DNA of 64,000 nt from Fidelibacterota bacterium UBA2242 (GCA_002347855.1 DDYE01000017.1:188839-252838), one strand, 5' to 3'. Shown: positions 27,773 to 39,246, counted from the first letter of the stretch. Translations and numbers: made by a program. Notes: generated from the letters alone by a model not told the origin.

Positions 27773-28494
27773 TGCACGCTTATCAATTTTTTGTGGCGCC
27801 TGAAAATATTACTGGCAATCAGGTTACTCTGACCGGAGAAGAATTCCATCATTGCTGTCGTGTTCTACGCTTTGGAGCAGGAGCACAATTCCAGGTTTTT
27901 GATGGCAGCGGACGCGCCTGGCGGGTACGCCTCGAAAAGGTCGCCAGACAGAGTGCTACGGGAGTAATCGAAGAGGAATTGCCGGTCAATTGTCACAACA
28001 ATCCTATAACTCTGGGCATCGGCTTGACTAAAAGTCGTGCCTTAGAAGAAATTGTGACGACCGCGACGGTATTGGGAGTTCAGACTATTGTTCCGCTGAA
28101 TACCCGGCATGCCGCTTATCAAAATTTCAAGGTAGAACGCTTTCGACGAGTAGCAATAGCGGCTTTAAAGCAGTCAGGTCGTACGGTAATGCCACAAATG
28201 TCATGTCTGCGGACACTGGCAGAATGGCTGGAAATGACCAGGAATTGCCAGCTTAAGGTGCTGGCGGAGCAGAATAGTCCCGAAAATCTTAACAATCTCA
28301 TTCGGAGTGGTAAGCGCTTTACTTCTATTGCTGCAATGGTCGGTCCCGAGGGTGGTTTTAACACCCAGGAACTTTCCCAGTTGAAGGACGCTGGATTCCG
28401 AGTAGTGAATATTTTCCCGGCACGCTTGCGTAGTGAATTAGCTGTGGCAATGTTACTATTTTATCTAAATTTACTTGTTGATATGGAGGATTAA
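27769..28494 (+). CDS. rsmE: 16S rRNA (uracil1498-N3)-methyltransferase RsmE
   Basis: RsmE-like N-terminus and GPEGGF motif. Confidence 0.8.
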   Translation: MMHAYQFFVAPENITGNQVTLTGEEFHHCCRVLRFGAGAQFQVFDGSGRAWRVRLEKVARQSATGVIEEELPVNCHNNPITLGIGLTKSRALEEIVTTATVLGVQTIVPLNTRHAAYQNFKVERFRRVAIAALKQSGRTVMPQMSCLRTLAEWLEMTRNCQLKVLAEQNSPENLNNLIRSGKRFTSIAAMVGPEGGFNTQELSQLKDAGFRVVNIFPARLRSELAVAMLLFYLNLLVDMED

Positions 28495-28495
28495 A

Positions 28496-28840
28496 GTGAG
28501 TGATTGCATTTTTTGCAAAATAGCAGCGGGCGAGTTAGGAACTAATTTCCTTTATCAATCTGACGAAATAGTAGCTTTTCAGGATATTCATCCGCGCGCT
28601 CCGGTTCACATTTTAATTATCCCCCGTCGTCATATTCCCAAAGTCAGTGCGCTTGCCGATCAGGACGCCGAGTTAGTTGGCAAATTGGTAATTGTGGCGC
28701 GTCAAATTGCCCAGGCTGAAGGACTGGATGAGCGAGGTTATCGGTTAGTGTTTAATTGCGGGCCGGATAGCGGTCAGGAAGTGCCGCATATTCATCTCCA
28801 TCTATTAGGGGGACGCCGTCTGGGCTGGCCACCCGGTTAA
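28496..28840 (+). CDS. HIT family (histidine triad) protein; probable GTG start after GGAGGA RBS (ORF begins 28475)
   Basis: CIFCKI N-terminus, HIT motif HIHLHLLGG. Confidence 0.85.
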   Translation: MSDCIFCKIAAGELGTNFLYQSDEIVAFQDIHPRAPVHILIIPRRHIPKVSALADQDAELVGKLVIVARQIAQAEGLDERGYRLVFNCGPDSGQEVPHIHLHLLGGRRLGWPPG

Positions 28841-28855
28841 AATAAAACAATTAAT

Positions 28856-31800
28856 ATGTACATTAGTAAACTTGTCCTGTATGGATTTAAATCATTTCTT
28901 AAACGGACCGAAATTGAGTTCGGGCGGGGAATTACCGCCATTGTTGGACCCAATGGGTGCGGTAAGACCAATATTATTGATGCCATACGCTGGGTAATCG
29001 GTGAACAGAAAGCCAGTATCCTGCGCTCAGATCGTATCACCGATGTGATTTTTAATGGCACAGCGACGCGGCGGCCATTAAATATGTCCGAAGTTTCGCT
29101 GGTCATTCACAATGTCAGTGGGCGCATTCCCATTGCTTACACGGATATTGAAATCACTCGCCGGCTCTATCGTAACGGTGAAAGCGAATATTTTATCAAC
29201 CGCAATCTCTGCCGCTTAAAAGACATAACCGACCTTTTCCTCGATACCGGTATGGGCGCTAATGCCTATTCAATCATCGAATTGAAAATGATTGAAGACC
29301 TCCTCAGCGAAACGCCCGAAGAACGCAAACGCCTGTTCGAAGAGGCCGCTGGCGTCAATAAGTATCGTTTGCAGCGCAAGGCGGCTCTGCGTAAACTCGA
29401 AGCAACCCGCGATGACCTCGTGCGCCTAAATGATATTATTAACGAAGTCGAAAATAGTGTTAAAAATTTGAAGCGCCACCTGCAGCGTTATGAAAAATAC
29501 CAGGAAATAACTCAGAAACTAATCGAAGCCGAAGTTCAGCTCGCCAGTCGGCGCATCTTTGATTTACGCCAAAAATATCTCCCGCTTCAAGAACAAATCA
29601 GCGCTAAACAAACGCGTTTAAATTGGGTGAATGAAAACCTGCAGCAGCTGGAAACCGAATTTCAGCAAAAAAACACTCAGTGGCATAGTCAAGAAGAAAT
29701 ACTCGAGAATAAACGCCGCGAGCTCGAAGCCGCTACAGGCTCCCTCAACCAGAGCAAAACCGAAGGACTCTTACTCAACGAACAACTCCGTCACCATCGT
29801 CAGAACCTCAGCAAACTCGAGAACAACATCGCCAGTTTGCGCTCTAATCGCGAATCATCATTAAAACGACAAGAGCAAATTGGTCAAGAAATCAACGAAC
29901 TGCAGACTCTGCTAGAGAGTAAACGGGCAACTTTTAAGCAACTTGCAGGGGAGAGTGAAAGTGTATTGCAGCAAAATCGCATCATCACCGCCGAAATTCA
30001 GCAGTTGCAGGATGAGCGTTTCAATTTGATGCGAGCGCAAGCTGAACAAACTGCCCGGCAAAATAGCCTAAAGGAAAATATCCAACATCGGCAAAATGAA
30101 CTCAAGGCGCTCAAACAGCAAATTAATAACCTGACTGAGCAACAGTCGGCGCTGAACCAAAAAGCGACTGACCAGCAGAGCAGGTTAACTGCTTTGAAGG
30201 AACAATTATCGGTAAGCAAAAAGCAGCTTGCGGATGCCGAGCAACAGCAAAATGATTTTGAAGCAAAACAAAATAAACTGCGCGAGGAAATTCGTAAGAT
30301 AGATTCAGAACTGGACCGCCTCTCCAATCGAGTTCAATTTTATAGTAGCATTATTCAATCGAAGGAAGGCTTCGGTCCAGGATTACAATATGTATTAGAC
30401 CACTTGCCTGAATTTCCCGGTATCCGCGGGGCGCTATCGGATTTAATCGCCGTTGAGCCGCGCTATTATTTAGCCGTTGAAGCCGTCCTTAAAGACATCT
30501 CCCGCCTATTAATAGCCGATGACCAATCTGCTGCTCTGACTGCCATCGCTAAATTGAGTATCCAGCAAAAAGGACGCGTGTCGATCATTCCACTCGACGC
30601 CAATTTTCAGAATAATAACCCGAAACCGCCTGACAATCAATCTCTGGAACCACTCGTAAAATTCCTGCAATGCACTCGTGAACTTGAGCATTTGAAGGAC
30701 TTCCTTTTTCAGAATGTATATTGTTGTCCGGATGAGGATTTTGATGAATTGGTCAGAAACCGCCAGTTGAAGAATATTTCTATTGTCAGTGATAAGGGAC
30801 GTTTTCGAGACGGTAGCGGCATTTTCAGCGGTGGCGGGGAAACGACTGAAGCCCAGCTGCTCATTGGTCGCAACCAGCGTCTGGCGAGTTATGAAAAGGA
30901 ATATGCCCGCGCTCGTGAGCAGCGCGCTGAACTCCAGCAAAAACTAAATCAGGTTCAGCAGGAAATTAATACTCTCGCGAAGCTACGGCAAACCACCCAA
31001 GCAGAAAATAATCGCCTGACTCAGGCTATCAATCGCCTCACCGAAGAAATCCAGACTCAGCAAACCAGTTTGCTCCAGATTAATAGTCGCTTACAGTCGC
31101 TCAACGAGCAAAAAGTTGCCATTCAGGCAATGATTGAGAGCTTCACCGAAAAACTCCAGAAAGAGTTGCCTGTCGAAGGTCAGACTTCTGAAAAAGTTGC
31201 CCACATTGACGAACTATTAGAGCAGAAAAAAGCCTTTTTACTTCAAATTAAAAACCAATTCGATGAATGGAATAACCGCTCCCAAAATGCCCGCATTGAA
31301 TTGATCAATTTAGAAAACCGCTATCGCAATCTTAGCGATAGCCGTACCGCCCTAATCAGTAACTTGCAATATACCGAAAAGCAGCTGCAGCAGACTGAAA
31401 CCGAAAAGGTTACCCTGCAGACGACCATCACGCAACTCGAACAACAGTTGTCTCAGAATGCTCAGCAGACCGAACAGTTAAGCCAGACCGTTAATCAGCT
31501 CAACACAGAATATTTTTCGTTGCAAACAGAGTTTCAAAGCACACGCCAATCCTTGGATGAACTTAACCAAAAAATAAATGTCCTACGCAATGAAAAAGAG
31601 CAGATTATCCAGGAATTAAAAACTCTGGAACTGGATAAATCCGCCTACTTAGCCACCGAACGCGAAATCAGCACCGTCTTGATGCAGAAGTATAATCGTC
31701 AGGTTACAGCTGAATTGAATGCTGATTTGCCTTCGGAAGCTGAAGCAATTCAAAGTGTAGAACGGCAGAAACACCAGCTGGAGTTGATTGGTACCGTCAA

Positions 31801-32380
31801 TATGGCGGTTAAAGAAGAACACGAGCAGGAAAAGGCGCGTCTGGATTTTTTAACTGAGCAGCGTGATGACCTGTTAGAGTCCGAAAAGGGATTGAATGAA
31901 GTCATTGGGCAGATTGATAAAATCGCGCGCGAGCAATATCTGGAGATATTTGAAAAAATAAGGACCAATTTTAAGGCAACCTTTGACATTTTCTTTGGAG
32001 GAGGTGAAGCCGATTTAAAGATGATTGGTGATCCCGACCCGCTGGAGTCAGAAATCGAAATCTGGGCATGTCCGGGAGGCAAGAAAATGCGTACCCTCAA
32101 GATGCTCTCCGCAGGCGAAAAAGCCTTAACCGCAATTGCCTTGCTTTTTGCTATTTATCAAGTCAAACCCAGTCCTTTCTGCATTTTAGACGAGGTTGAT
32201 GCCCCCTTAGATGATGAAAACACGCGGCGATTTCTCAATGTCATCAAGACATTTGCCGAAAAAACCCAGTTCATTATCGTGACTCATAATAAATCAACGA
32301 TGGCAATTGCCGACACTCTTTATGGCGTTACTATGGCAGAGAAGGGAGTGTCGCAGATTGTCTCGGTCAAACTGGAGTAG
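28856..32380 (+). CDS. smc: chromosome segregation protein SMC
   Basis: N-terminal Walker A GPNGCGKTN, long coiled coils, hinge, C-terminal LSAGEK signature and Walker B ILDEVDAPLD. Confidence 0.9.
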   Translation: MYISKLVLYGFKSFLKRTEIEFGRGITAIVGPNGCGKTNIIDAIRWVIGEQKASILRSDRITDVIFNGTATRRPLNMSEVSLVIHNVSGRIPIAYTDIEITRRLYRNGESEYFINRNLCRLKDITDLFLDTGMGANAYSIIELKMIEDLLSETPEERKRLFEEAAGVNKYRLQRKAALRKLEATRDDLVRLNDIINEVENSVKNLKRHLQRYEKYQEITQKLIEAEVQLASRRIFDLRQKYLPLQEQISAKQTRLNWVNENLQQLETEFQQKNTQWHSQEEILENKRRELEAATGSLNQSKTEGLLLNEQLRHHRQNLSKLENNIASLRSNRESSLKRQEQIGQEINELQTLLESKRATFKQLAGESESVLQQNRIITAEIQQLQDERFNLMRAQAEQTARQNSLKENIQHRQNELKALKQQINNLTEQQSALNQKATDQQSRLTALKEQLSVSKKQLADAEQQQNDFEAKQNKLREEIRKIDSELDRLSNRVQFYSSIIQSKEGFGPGLQYVLDHLPEFPGIRGALSDLIAVEPRYYLAVEAVLKDISRLLIADDQSAALTAIAKLSIQQKGRVSIIPLDANFQNNNPKPPDNQSLEPLVKFLQCTRELEHLKDFLFQNVYCCPDEDFDELVRNRQLKNISIVSDKGRFRDGSGIFSGGGETTEAQLLIGRNQRLASYEKEYARAREQRAELQQKLNQVQQEINTLAKLRQTTQAENNRLTQAINRLTEEIQTQQTSLLQINSRLQSLNEQKVAIQAMIESFTEKLQKELPVEGQTSEKVAHIDELLEQKKAFLLQIKNQFDEWNNRSQNARIELINLENRYRNLSDSRTALISNLQYTEKQLQQTETEKVTLQTTITQLEQQLSQNAQQTEQLSQTVNQLNTEYFSLQTEFQSTRQSLDELNQKINVLRNEKEQIIQELKTLELDKSAYLATEREISTVLMQKYNRQVTAELNADLPSEAEAIQSVERQKHQLELIGTVNMAVKEEHEQEKARLDFLTEQRDDLLESEKGLNEVIGQIDKIAREQYLEIFEKIRTNFKATFDIFFGGGEADLKMIGDPDPLESEIEIWACPGGKKMRTLKMLSAGEKALTAIALLFAIYQVKPSPFCILDEVDAPLDDENTRRFLNVIKTFAEKTQFIIVTHNKSTMAIADTLYGVTMAEKGVSQIVSVKLE

Positions 32381-32383
32381 TCT

Positions 32384-33754
32384 ATGTCAAAGCTCAAATT
32401 TGTACTTTTTTGCGTTGCTCTGGTGGCGCAGCTTTTCGCCGCTGAGTACGAAGTAGATTATGCCGTTTTTCGTGGCTCTGAAGGTATGGACATCGTAGAA
32501 GTGTATTTCTTAATGCCCCGCAATATGTTCAAATTTGTCCCCACTGCCCAGCAATATCAATCGCACGGTTTCATCCGTACCGCCTTGATCCAACAAGATA
32601 GCGTGGTTGATATTGTGGAATGGGATTTCATTGACCAGGTGCGGGATACATTACAGGTTACCAGTGAACAGAAAATACCGGAAATCGCTACTCTTCAGGC
32701 GAAGCCAGGAACCTATCAACTGGTCACTATTGTGGCTGACCTGACGACTCGCCAGCAAAAAAAAGTGAGTAAACAGCTGATATTGCGGGATTTTGGAACG
32801 AAAGATTTATGTCTGAGTGATATTCAAATCAGTGGTCAGGTAGATAAAACCCGTCAGCAAAATCGTTTCAGCAAATATTTTGGGTATGACATTATTCCTA
32901 ACGCCTCGACCATTTTTAACGAAAGCTACCCGGCGATTTATGTCTTTTTTGAGGTCTATAACCTCGGGTTTGATAAGACCCAGCCCGGTGAATATAAGGT
33001 AAAATACGCGGTCACGGATTTGAACGGGGAAGCATTGCAGGCACAGGATTGGCTTACCCGCCCAAAACCAGGTAAATCAGCGGTCGAAATTAATCAAGTA
33101 ATGATAACAACTTTGCCCGCCGGAGTATACGACCTGAAAGTCGAGGTCAAAGATGACGCAACTAATCAGCAAGCCAGCATGAGTAAGCGTTTTCGGCTGA
33201 CACGCGACAGGAGTCGTCAACCTGCCACTCCTCAAGTAGGACAAGACTTACGCCTCGAAGGTCTGACTGAAGCCGAGCTGGATGAAATCTTTGGTCCATT
33301 GAAATACATTGCCAAGAACATAGAAATTCAACGTTATAAGAAGTCTGATTTAGAAGGAAAACGCCAGATTATCGCGCACTTTTGGGATAGCCGCGACCGC
33401 GATCCTTCGACTTTAATAAATGAATCAAAAATAGAATTTGAAAATCGCTTAGCCTATGTCAATCAGCAGTTCACTACCCCGCGGATTAAAGGTTGGCGCA
33501 CTGATTTTGGGAGAGTCTATCTAATGTACGGACCACCGTCCGAAATCGAGCGCTATCCCAGTTCGCTGGAACGCAAGCCTTATCAAATCTGGCATTACCA
33601 TGAAGTCGAGGGCGGTGTCATTTTCGTATTTGTAGATAAGAGTGGTTTTGGACAATACGAATTGGTTCACTCCACTGCGCGGAGTGAATTGCAAGATACG
33701 GATTGGCAACGCTGGGTTGAGCCCAATGCCAGTCAGAGTAATATCCAATGGTAA
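32384..33754 (+). CDS. GWxTD domain-containing protein
   Basis: signal peptide; C-terminal GWRTDFGRVYLMYGPP motif. Confidence 0.75.
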   Translation: MSKLKFVLFCVALVAQLFAAEYEVDYAVFRGSEGMDIVEVYFLMPRNMFKFVPTAQQYQSHGFIRTALIQQDSVVDIVEWDFIDQVRDTLQVTSEQKIPEIATLQAKPGTYQLVTIVADLTTRQQKKVSKQLILRDFGTKDLCLSDIQISGQVDKTRQQNRFSKYFGYDIIPNASTIFNESYPAIYVFFEVYNLGFDKTQPGEYKVKYAVTDLNGEALQAQDWLTRPKPGKSAVEINQVMITTLPAGVYDLKVEVKDDATNQQASMSKRFRLTRDRSRQPATPQVGQDLRLEGLTEAELDEIFGPLKYIAKNIEIQRYKKSDLEGKRQIIAHFWDSRDRDPSTLINESKIEFENRLAYVNQQFTTPRIKGWRTDFGRVYLMYGPPSEIERYPSSLERKPYQIWHYHEVEGGVIFVFVDKSGFGQYELVHSTARSELQDTDWQRWVEPNASQSNIQW

Positions 33755-33768
33755 AAAGAGGAAATCGT

Positions 33769-34638
33769 ATGCGCATTGGTATTGATTTAGGTGGAACCAA
33801 GGTTAATATGGGATTGGTGAAGGACCATCAGGTGCAGGGTGCTACACGTCGCTTTCTTATCAGCGATTGTCGCGATGCTGATGACCTGGTAGCTAAAATG
33901 AAAAGCACCAGCGAGGAACTGTTAAAAGCTGCTGACCTGAGTTGGGATGATTTGGAGTTTATTGGTATTGGCAGTCCTGGTCCACTTAATTATAAGACCG
34001 GCATCGTTTTGAAAACTCCCAACCTGAAAATTGTCGTTGATTATCCCCTTGGACCACGTCTCCAAGCCGTTACTGGGATTCCGGTCTTGATAAACAATGA
34101 CGCCAATTGCTTTACGCTCGGCGAACAGAAAGCCGGCGTCGCCTGTGGACAGGAGTATGTTCTCGGCGTGACGCTCGGCACTGGTTTCGGGCTGGGATTC
34201 GTTTATCATGGACATATATTTAATGGCGCAACTGGTACGGCATTTGAATTTGCCCTAACACCCTATCGCGATGGTGTATACGAAGATTACATCTCCGGTC
34301 GAGGTTTGGCGAAAATCTATACCTCGATAACAGGAGAGAAAATTGCCCCGGAAGAAGTTACCAAACGGGCAAAGGCTGGCGAAAAAGCCGCATTAGATGC
34401 CTGGGAGGATTTTGGTGGGCATTTAGCCCAGGCTTTAATAACTCTCGTTATGGTGCTCGATCCCGATATTATTGTTATCGGTGGCTCAATGGTGGCAGGG
34501 TGGGACTTTTTCTATCCCAATCTGACCAAACAGCTCTTTAGCCATATTCACGAAGGTCCGCGTGGGCATTTACGCGTTGCACGCAGCGAACTCGGTGAAT
34601 TGGCGGCGATTATTGGAGCCGCAAGTCTGAACGAGTAA
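33769..34638 (+). CDS. ROK family sugar kinase (glucokinase-like)
   Basis: N-terminal MRIGIDLGGTK; ROK-type glycine-rich motifs. Confidence 0.8.
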   Translation: MRIGIDLGGTKVNMGLVKDHQVQGATRRFLISDCRDADDLVAKMKSTSEELLKAADLSWDDLEFIGIGSPGPLNYKTGIVLKTPNLKIVVDYPLGPRLQAVTGIPVLINNDANCFTLGEQKAGVACGQEYVLGVTLGTGFGLGFVYHGHIFNGATGTAFEFALTPYRDGVYEDYISGRGLAKIYTSITGEKIAPEEVTKRAKAGEKAALDAWEDFGGHLAQALITLVMVLDPDIIVIGGSMVAGWDFFYPNLTKQLFSHIHEGPRGHLRVARSELGELAAIIGAASLNE

Positions 34639-34660
34639 TACTGCTTCTATATTATAAAAA

Positions 34661-35335
34661 ATGATGTTGCTACACGATTTGTGGGAAGGAGTTGTCAAGC
34701 TACTCTTTCCGCCTCTCTGTCTGGTTTGCGAACGGCGACTTGAAGAGGCGGGGCAGAAAGTATGTCCCGACTGTTGGACAAGCCTGGTGCCGTTTGATGA
34801 CCAGCTTTTTGAGCAAAAACATGTGCCAGAAAATCTGACTGCCATCTATCCTGGCTTTATATTTGAAGAAAAAATTCAGACTATAATCCATGCCCTTAAA
34901 TATCGCGGCTATCGTTCCCTTGGTTTTAGCTTAGGGGAATTAGTGGGCAGCCGCGTCATAGACAAACTGCCTCAAGAAGGAATCGGACTGGTGCCTATTC
35001 CGCTGCATCTCCTGAAATTACGGGAGCGTGGTTACAATCAGGCAGCTGCCATAGCGGAAGGATTCAGTCGCAAAACGGGGATACCGCTCGTGGCGCAAGC
35101 CATTAAGCGAGTGAAAAATACAGTCACGCAAACGCAGCTCTCCGCTGCTGAGCGCCAAATAAATATGGAAGGAGCATTTGCGCCGGGCAGAATAGACCAA
35201 CTCAGAACAATTCATACGATTGTCCTGGTAGATGATGTTTTTACAACCGGGGCGACAATGAACTCAGCGGCAGAAATATTGAAGAAGGCTGGGGTAGGGA
35301 CAATCATCGGGGTGACAGTTGCAGCTCCAATTTGA
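34661..35335 (+). CDS. ComF family protein (zinc-ribbon plus phosphoribosyltransferase domain)
   Basis: CxxC...CxxC N-terminus; PRTase motif IVLVDDVFTTGAT. Confidence 0.8.
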   Translation: MMLLHDLWEGVVKLLFPPLCLVCERRLEEAGQKVCPDCWTSLVPFDDQLFEQKHVPENLTAIYPGFIFEEKIQTIIHALKYRGYRSLGFSLGELVGSRVIDKLPQEGIGLVPIPLHLLKLRERGYNQAAAIAEGFSRKTGIPLVAQAIKRVKNTVTQTQLSAAERQINMEGAFAPGRIDQLRTIHTIVLVDDVFTTGATMNSAAEILKKAGVGTIIGVTVAAPI

Positions 35336-35415
35336 ATATTTTTCCTTGGAATATAGACAGATAAAAATTAATATTTCAAGTTGTTTAACAATTGAAATAA
35401 AAGGTTAGGTGCAAT

Positions 35416-36612
35416 ATGGCAAGATTAACAATTGATGATTTGAAAGTTAAGGGTAAACGCGTTTTGATGCGCGTTGATTTTAATGTGCCCTTAGATGAGA
35501 ACCTGAACGTACGCGATGATTTTCGGATTAAAGCTGCCCTACCGACGATTCAAAAATTGCTTGATGATGGCGCACGCTTGATTTTGATGTCGCATTTGGG
35601 TCGTCCAAAAGGTAAGCCGGTACCAGAAATGAGTCTCAAGCCAGTCTACGAACGCCTCAAGAAATATCTAAGGAATAAAGTCTATTTTGCCACGGATTGC
35701 ATTGGAGTAGAGGTTAAAAACTTGGCGTATTCGTTATCGGATGGTGAGGTTTTGCTCTTGGAGAACCTGCGTTTTCATCCCGAAGAAGAGAAGAACGACC
35801 CGGAATTTGCTGCCAAATTAGCTGAATTAGGTGAGATATATGTCAATGATGCCTTTGGCACCAGTCATCGGGCACATGCTTCCACTGCGGGAGTAACCAA
35901 TTATATTCCGGTGCGAGCTGCGGGGTATCTTTTAGAAAAGGAACTGCATTATTTACAGGATACTCTGGAAAATCCGACCAAGCCGTTTACGGCTATTTTT
36001 GGCGGCGCCAAGGTCAGCGATAAAATTGATGTAATTGAACGTCTCTTAAGTAAGACCGACAACATTCTGATTGGCGGTGGAATGGCATATACCTTTTTGA
36101 AGGCGCAGGGATTGGAAATTGGCAAATCGTTAGTCGAAGAGGACAAGCTGGAGTATGCGCGTGAGACTCTGGAGAAAGCCGCGAAATTAGGCTGCAAAAT
36201 ATATCTGCCGGTTGATGTGGTAGTGACTCCCGAGATTTCCGATAGCGCTAAAGTGAATATTGTGGATGTCAAGGAAATACCGGCTGATCAAATCGGGGTA
36301 GATATTGGTCCTACGACGACTATGATTTTTGCTGATGTCATCGAAAAAAGTAAGACGGTGCTCTGGAATGGACCGGTCGGCGTGTTCGAAATCAAGCAAT
36401 TTTCCACCGGCACGGAGTCGATTGCCCGAAAGTTAGCCGAGATGACCAAACAGGGTGTCATTACTGTGGTTGGCGGAGGCGATTCCGCTTCGGCAATGAA
36501 AAAGTTCGGGCTGATGGATAAGGTTTCACATGTTTCGACTGGTGGAGGCGCCTCGCTGGAACTGTTAAGTGGTCTGGAACTTATTCCGATAACGCTTATT
36601 TCAAAGAAGTAG
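35416..36612 (+). CDS. pgk: phosphoglycerate kinase
   Basis: strong family conservation throughout. Confidence 0.95.
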   Translation: MARLTIDDLKVKGKRVLMRVDFNVPLDENLNVRDDFRIKAALPTIQKLLDDGARLILMSHLGRPKGKPVPEMSLKPVYERLKKYLRNKVYFATDCIGVEVKNLAYSLSDGEVLLLENLRFHPEEEKNDPEFAAKLAELGEIYVNDAFGTSHRAHASTAGVTNYIPVRAAGYLLEKELHYLQDTLENPTKPFTAIFGGAKVSDKIDVIERLLSKTDNILIGGGMAYTFLKAQGLEIGKSLVEEDKLEYARETLEKAAKLGCKIYLPVDVVVTPEISDSAKVNIVDVKEIPADQIGVDIGPTTTMIFADVIEKSKTVLWNGPVGVFEIKQFSTGTESIARKLAEMTKQGVITVVGGGDSASAMKKFGLMDKVSHVSTGGGASLELLSGLELIPITLISKK

Positions 36613-36617
36613 GTCCC

Positions 36618-37394
36618 ATGCGTGAGATTATAGTCGCGGGCAACTGGAAGATGAATAAGGATGTCAGAGAGGCAGAAGCCTTTACGCGGGAACTGTTGCC
36701 AAAGATGTTGAATCTAAAGAGGACAAAGATTATATTATGCCCGCCTTTTACTGCGCTTTTTAACATTGGGAAAATTGTTGAAGGGACTGGTATTGCCCTC
36801 GGTGGGCAAAACATGTATTTTGCCGATAATGGTGCTTTTACGGGTGAAGTATCAGGACGCATGTTGCAATCAACGGGTTGTGAATACGTGATATTGGGGC
36901 ATTCGGAGCGGCGTCATATATTTGGCGAGACCGACGAAATGGTGCAGAAAAAAGTTGCTGCCGCTTTGCGCCTTGGCTTACGACCGATTGTCTGTATTGG
37001 TGAAACACTGGCTGAGAGGCAAGCTGGGAAAACCTTAAAAGTCATCGAACACCAATTGAACGGCGCCTTAGAGATGGTTGATGCGAATCAAATCGTTCAG
37101 TGTGTGCTGGCTTATGAACCAGTCTGGGCGATTGGCACGGGAGTCAATGCCACTCCCGGGCAGGCAGCCGAAGTGCACCGCCAAATCCGACAGTTACTGA
37201 CTGCAAAATACGGTTTTGAAGTGGCAAATGCCATTACCATACAATATGGCGGGAGTGTGAAACCCGACAACGCGGCTGAGCTAATTCGGGAAGCCGAAAT
37301 TGATGGTTTTTTAGTTGGTGGAGCCAGTCTGAAAAGTGATGATTTCTCTCAGATTGCTGCTATTGTCGAAAAAATAAAGAACCCTGAGGAGTAA
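36618..37394 (+). CDS. tpiA: triose-phosphate isomerase
   Basis: AGNWKMN, catalytic YEPVWAIGTG. Confidence 0.95.
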   Translation: MREIIVAGNWKMNKDVREAEAFTRELLPKMLNLKRTKIILCPPFTALFNIGKIVEGTGIALGGQNMYFADNGAFTGEVSGRMLQSTGCEYVILGHSERRHIFGETDEMVQKKVAAALRLGLRPIVCIGETLAERQAGKTLKVIEHQLNGALEMVDANQIVQCVLAYEPVWAIGTGVNATPGQAAEVHRQIRQLLTAKYGFEVANAITIQYGGSVKPDNAAELIREAEIDGFLVGGASLKSDDFSQIAAIVEKIKNPEE

Positions 37395-37395
37395 A

Positions 37396-37737
37396 ATGTA
37401 TACTTTCATGATTGTTTTACATGTTTTAGTTTCCATATTGCTGATGCTGGTAATTCTAATGCAAGCCAGTAAAGGCGGCGGACTTTCGGGAACTTTTGGC
37501 GGAACCAGTAGTACTCTTTTTGGGGGACGCGGCGCGGCGACCTTCCTGTCGAAGATGACCACCGGTTTGGCGATTGCCTTTATGGTCATTTCGATTGTAA
37601 TTGGCTTGATGTCAGCGCCACGCGGAACATCAACCAGTATTGTCAGACAAGAAGCCAATAAGCGTACCGTACCTTCTGCCGAATTGCCGGTTCCCCAGGG
37701 CGCAATGGAAAGTAACCAAGCTCAACCGGGTAATTAG
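37396..37737 (+). CDS. secG: preprotein translocase subunit SecG
   Basis: two TM helices, LMQASKGGGLSGTFGG motif. Confidence 0.85.
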   Translation: MYTFMIVLHVLVSILLMLVILMQASKGGGLSGTFGGTSSTLFGGRGAATFLSKMTTGLAIAFMVISIVIGLMSAPRGTSTSIVRQEANKRTVPSAELPVPQGAMESNQAQPGN

Positions 37738-37780
37738 GCGGAGAGTAGCAAGCGAAGATATTAGGCGATGTTATTTTATA

Positions 37781-37864
37781 GCCGAGGTGGTGGAATTGGT
37801 AGACACGCATGTTTGAGGGGCATGTGGGTGCAAGCCTGTACGGGTTCAAATCCCGTCCTCGGCA
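37781..37864 (+). tRNA. tRNA-Leu (anticodon GAG)
   Basis: acceptor GCCGAGG/CCTCGGC, anticodon loop TTGAGGG, long variable arm, T-arm GGTTCAAATCC. Confidence 0.85.
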
Positions 37865-37897
37865 CTAAAGTATTAAAAAAAATAATCGGGGGTATAA

Positions 37898-39190
37898 ATG
37901 AAATGGTTTAAACTAAGTGGGATCAGCCTTTTAATTATCGGCTTAAGTATGGGCGTTTTAGCGCAAGATCCTTTGAGTCAGGCTTATGATTTCTTCCAGC
38001 AGAAGGACTATCAGAAAGCCTATGAGATTTGCAAAGGAATTGTAGACAAAGACCCCAATTATACCGCCGCTGTTGCTCTTTTGAGCCGCATCTATTTCGC
38101 CATGGGTGATCTTGATAACGCCAAGGTTTATATTGACAAAGCGATTGAATTAGACCGCGCCAATAATGAATACCGCGAAGTACGTACTCAAATGGTCGCC
38201 TTCATTAGCAAGCTGACGGAAGCTTCTCAATTAAGTAACAACGCGGACTATGAAGGCGCAAAGAAAGTTTGGCTGGATGTAATCGCCCAGAACCCCAATT
38301 TCACCGATGCTTATTATCAATTAGCCTTGGTTTATGTCCGTCTCAATGATTTGAGCAATGCCGCTCTTTATCTGCGGAAAGCTATATCAATGAAACCCGA
38401 CGAGGAAAAATACGGGAAAGCCTTGAAGAATTTAGTCCAGCAATATCTCCGCGAGGGAGAGAATCTGCGTCAGCGTCGGAATGCCCAGGGCGCTCTTGAA
38501 AAATATCAGGAAGCACTCAAACTCGACCCTAACGAGTTCCTCGGCTATTATTTAAGCGCCGTGGTTAATTATGATGAAAAAAAGTACGAAGAAGCCTTAC
38601 AATTTATTGCCAAAGCGCTTGAAATTAATCCTCAGCACACTAAATCGTACTTGCTCAAGGGACAAATCCTTGAGAAGTTGAATCGGAACGACGAAGCCCT
38701 GGCGGCTTATGAAAATTCGGTCAAAGTTGAGCCGGACTACGAAGTCGGTTGGGATCGCATTGGGGTGCTCTACTATAATCAGAAGAATTATGCCAAAGCC
38801 CTCGAAGCCTACCAGAAGGTCATCAGTGTTAATCCCAAGAACATGCGAGCTTATGAAAAAATCGGACAGATTTACATAGATATGAATGATTATCCCAATG
38901 CCTTAACTTATTTGAAGAAGGTCACTGAGAATCCCGATGAGGCGAAAAATCCGCGTACCTGGCTGCGCTTAGCTCAGGTATTGAACAATCTGGGTGAATG
39001 CCAGCAAGCCAAAGAAGCCACAGAAACTGCGCTGAAATTAAAACCCAACGATGCTTTGACTTTGATAGAATTGGGCATTGCAGAGCGCTGTCTGGGGAAC
39101 AAGGTTGCAGCTAGACAGGCTTTTCAACTTGCCGGGCGTGATCCTCAGTACAAGCGTTACGCTGAGGAATATCTCAAGACTGTCCAATAA
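37898..39190 (+). CDS. tetratricopeptide repeat protein, secreted
   Basis: signal peptide plus multiple TPR units. Confidence 0.8.
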   Translation: MKWFKLSGISLLIIGLSMGVLAQDPLSQAYDFFQQKDYQKAYEICKGIVDKDPNYTAAVALLSRIYFAMGDLDNAKVYIDKAIELDRANNEYREVRTQMVAFISKLTEASQLSNNADYEGAKKVWLDVIAQNPNFTDAYYQLALVYVRLNDLSNAALYLRKAISMKPDEEKYGKALKNLVQQYLREGENLRQRRNAQGALEKYQEALKLDPNEFLGYYLSAVVNYDEKKYEEALQFIAKALEINPQHTKSYLLKGQILEKLNRNDEALAAYENSVKVEPDYEVGWDRIGVLYYNQKNYAKALEAYQKVISVNPKNMRAYEKIGQIYIDMNDYPNALTYLKKVTENPDEAKNPRTWLRLAQVLNNLGECQQAKEATETALKLKPNDALTLIELGIAERCLGNKVAARQAFQLAGRDPQYKRYAEEYLKTVQ

Positions 39191-39212
39191 GAAGTTTGCC
39201 TGATATAACAAA

Positions 39213-39246
39213 AGGGGCTGGCAGGAAGCATAGCCCCTTTTTTATT
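39213..39246 (+). terminator. Rho-independent terminator
   Basis: GC stem GGGGCT...AGCCCC followed by T-run TTTTTTATT. Confidence 0.6.
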